A stretch of 64,000 nucleotides of DNA from an uncultured Gemmatimonadaceae bacterium (GTDB taxonomy: Bacteria; Gemmatimonadota; Gemmatimonadetes; Gemmatimonadales; Gemmatimonadaceae). The notes beneath the pieces were generated by a model. That model was not told where the DNA came from. It saw nothing but the letters and a program-made list of their open reading frames with translations, and made no database searches. Positions 63,144 to 64,000 of the stretch are shown in pieces; the first letter of the stretch is position 1; each line of letters starts with the position of its first letter. The translations under genes and the position numbers were made by a program. The DNA lies in contig CAWHHI010000016.1 in the NCBI GenBank assembly GCA_963829055.1, forward strand, positions 992,001 through 1,056,000, given 5' to 3'.

Positions 63144-64000
63144 TTAGCGGCCGAAGCTCCCGACCGTCGACGTCACCGGCAGCACGCGTCCGCCTCGAAC
63201 GGCGCGAGCCGCGGGGCGTTGCCTGTCGACGATGCGGATGGCCGTCGCGGCGAGATCGTAGTCGTCCTCGACGGCGTCGATGTGGACGTCGACGAAATCA
63301 CCGGGCTGGGCATCGGTGGTCACGCGCGTGACACCGTCCACGTCATCCGCCTGCCACGGCGCACGCGCCTGGGCGCGTCCGGTGGAGTCGGCGACGGCGT
63401 CGACGAGCACTCGCGCACGGCGGCCCACATGGCCTTCGTAGCGCTCGGCCGTGATCACGCGCTGCAGCTCGGTCAAGCCGCTCGAGACGCTCTCGCTTCA
63501 CGTCGTCCGGCACGTCGTCAGGCATCTCCGCACGCGCGCGTGCCCTCCTGCGGCGGAATACGTGAACGCGCCGACGCGATCGAAGCTGGATCTCCTCGAG
63601 GAACTCGAGGAGCTGCTCGAAGTCGTCCTCGGTCTCGCCTGGGAATCCGACGATGCACGTCGTGCGGATCGCGACGTCGGGCACGACATCGCGGATGCGC
63701 TGGATGCGGTCACGGTTCGTCGCCTGCCGCTCGGGACGACGCATGCGCTCGAGCACCGCGTCCGACGCGTGCTGCATCGGCATGTCGAGATAGGGCAGGA
63801 TGCGCGGCTCGCGCGCCATGAGCTCGAGCAACTTCGGCGTGAGGCCCGCGGAGTAGAGATACAGCATGCGGATCCACGGGATCGACGTCTCCGCGACGAG
63901 CGACTCGAGCAGCTCGGGCAGCCCGAACGCCATCACGACGGTCGCGCCCGTAGTGCGCGAGATCCTGCGCAACGAGGTTCACCTCGCGCGCGCCCTGCAG
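63144..64000 (-). CDS. rimO: Ribosomal protein S12 methylthiotransferase, 3' part (indels; runs off right edge)
   Basis: LVAQDLAHYGRD, WIRMLYLY, YLDMPMQHASD, IVGFPGETE, TRAM-like WQADDVDG. Confidence 0.9.

Noticed and set aside
12403..64000. Pseudogenes or programmed frameshifts (pdxJ, cysK, prs, pth, ychF, prmC, rimO, etc.)
   Set aside because: Breaks hit essential genes, no shared slippery motif was seen, and flanking protein sequence is undecayed. Sequencing indels are the simpler explanation.

Overview
A high-GC bacterial chromosomal segment (roughly 67-70% by eye). Gene content and order point to Gemmatimonadota (inference). It is mostly core genome: ispE-tRNA-Gln, prs-rplY-pth-ychF, rpsF-rpsR-DUF2232-rplI-rsfS, smc, aroF, tmk, prmC-prfA-rpmE and rimO. 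Many genes, including essential ones, are split by single-base indels, so the sequence looks like an unpolished long-read assembly and frameshifts are treated as probable errors. Main observations: (1) the non-palindromic heptamer CCTAACG/CGTTAGG occurs at least 47 times (about 1 per 1.4 kb), on both strands and in several reading frames, mostly inside genes, like an undescribed HIP1/DUS-type genome-wide DNA signal; (2) an accessory envelope locus between tRNA-Gln and prs has two CsgG/HfaB-like proteins, an Ig-repeat lipoprotein, a TonB-C lipoprotein, a beta-barrel and a Ser/Thr kinase, with no curli subunits; (3) a decayed island at the ychF 3' end has a duplicated att-like core and a tyrosine-integrase C-terminal remnant; (4) G-tract heptamer repeats form inverted pairs, one inside a DUF4105/Lnb-like gene where losing one unit would restore the frame; (5) a 17-bp plus 14-bp tandem array; (6) a JAB-DinG helicase fusion.
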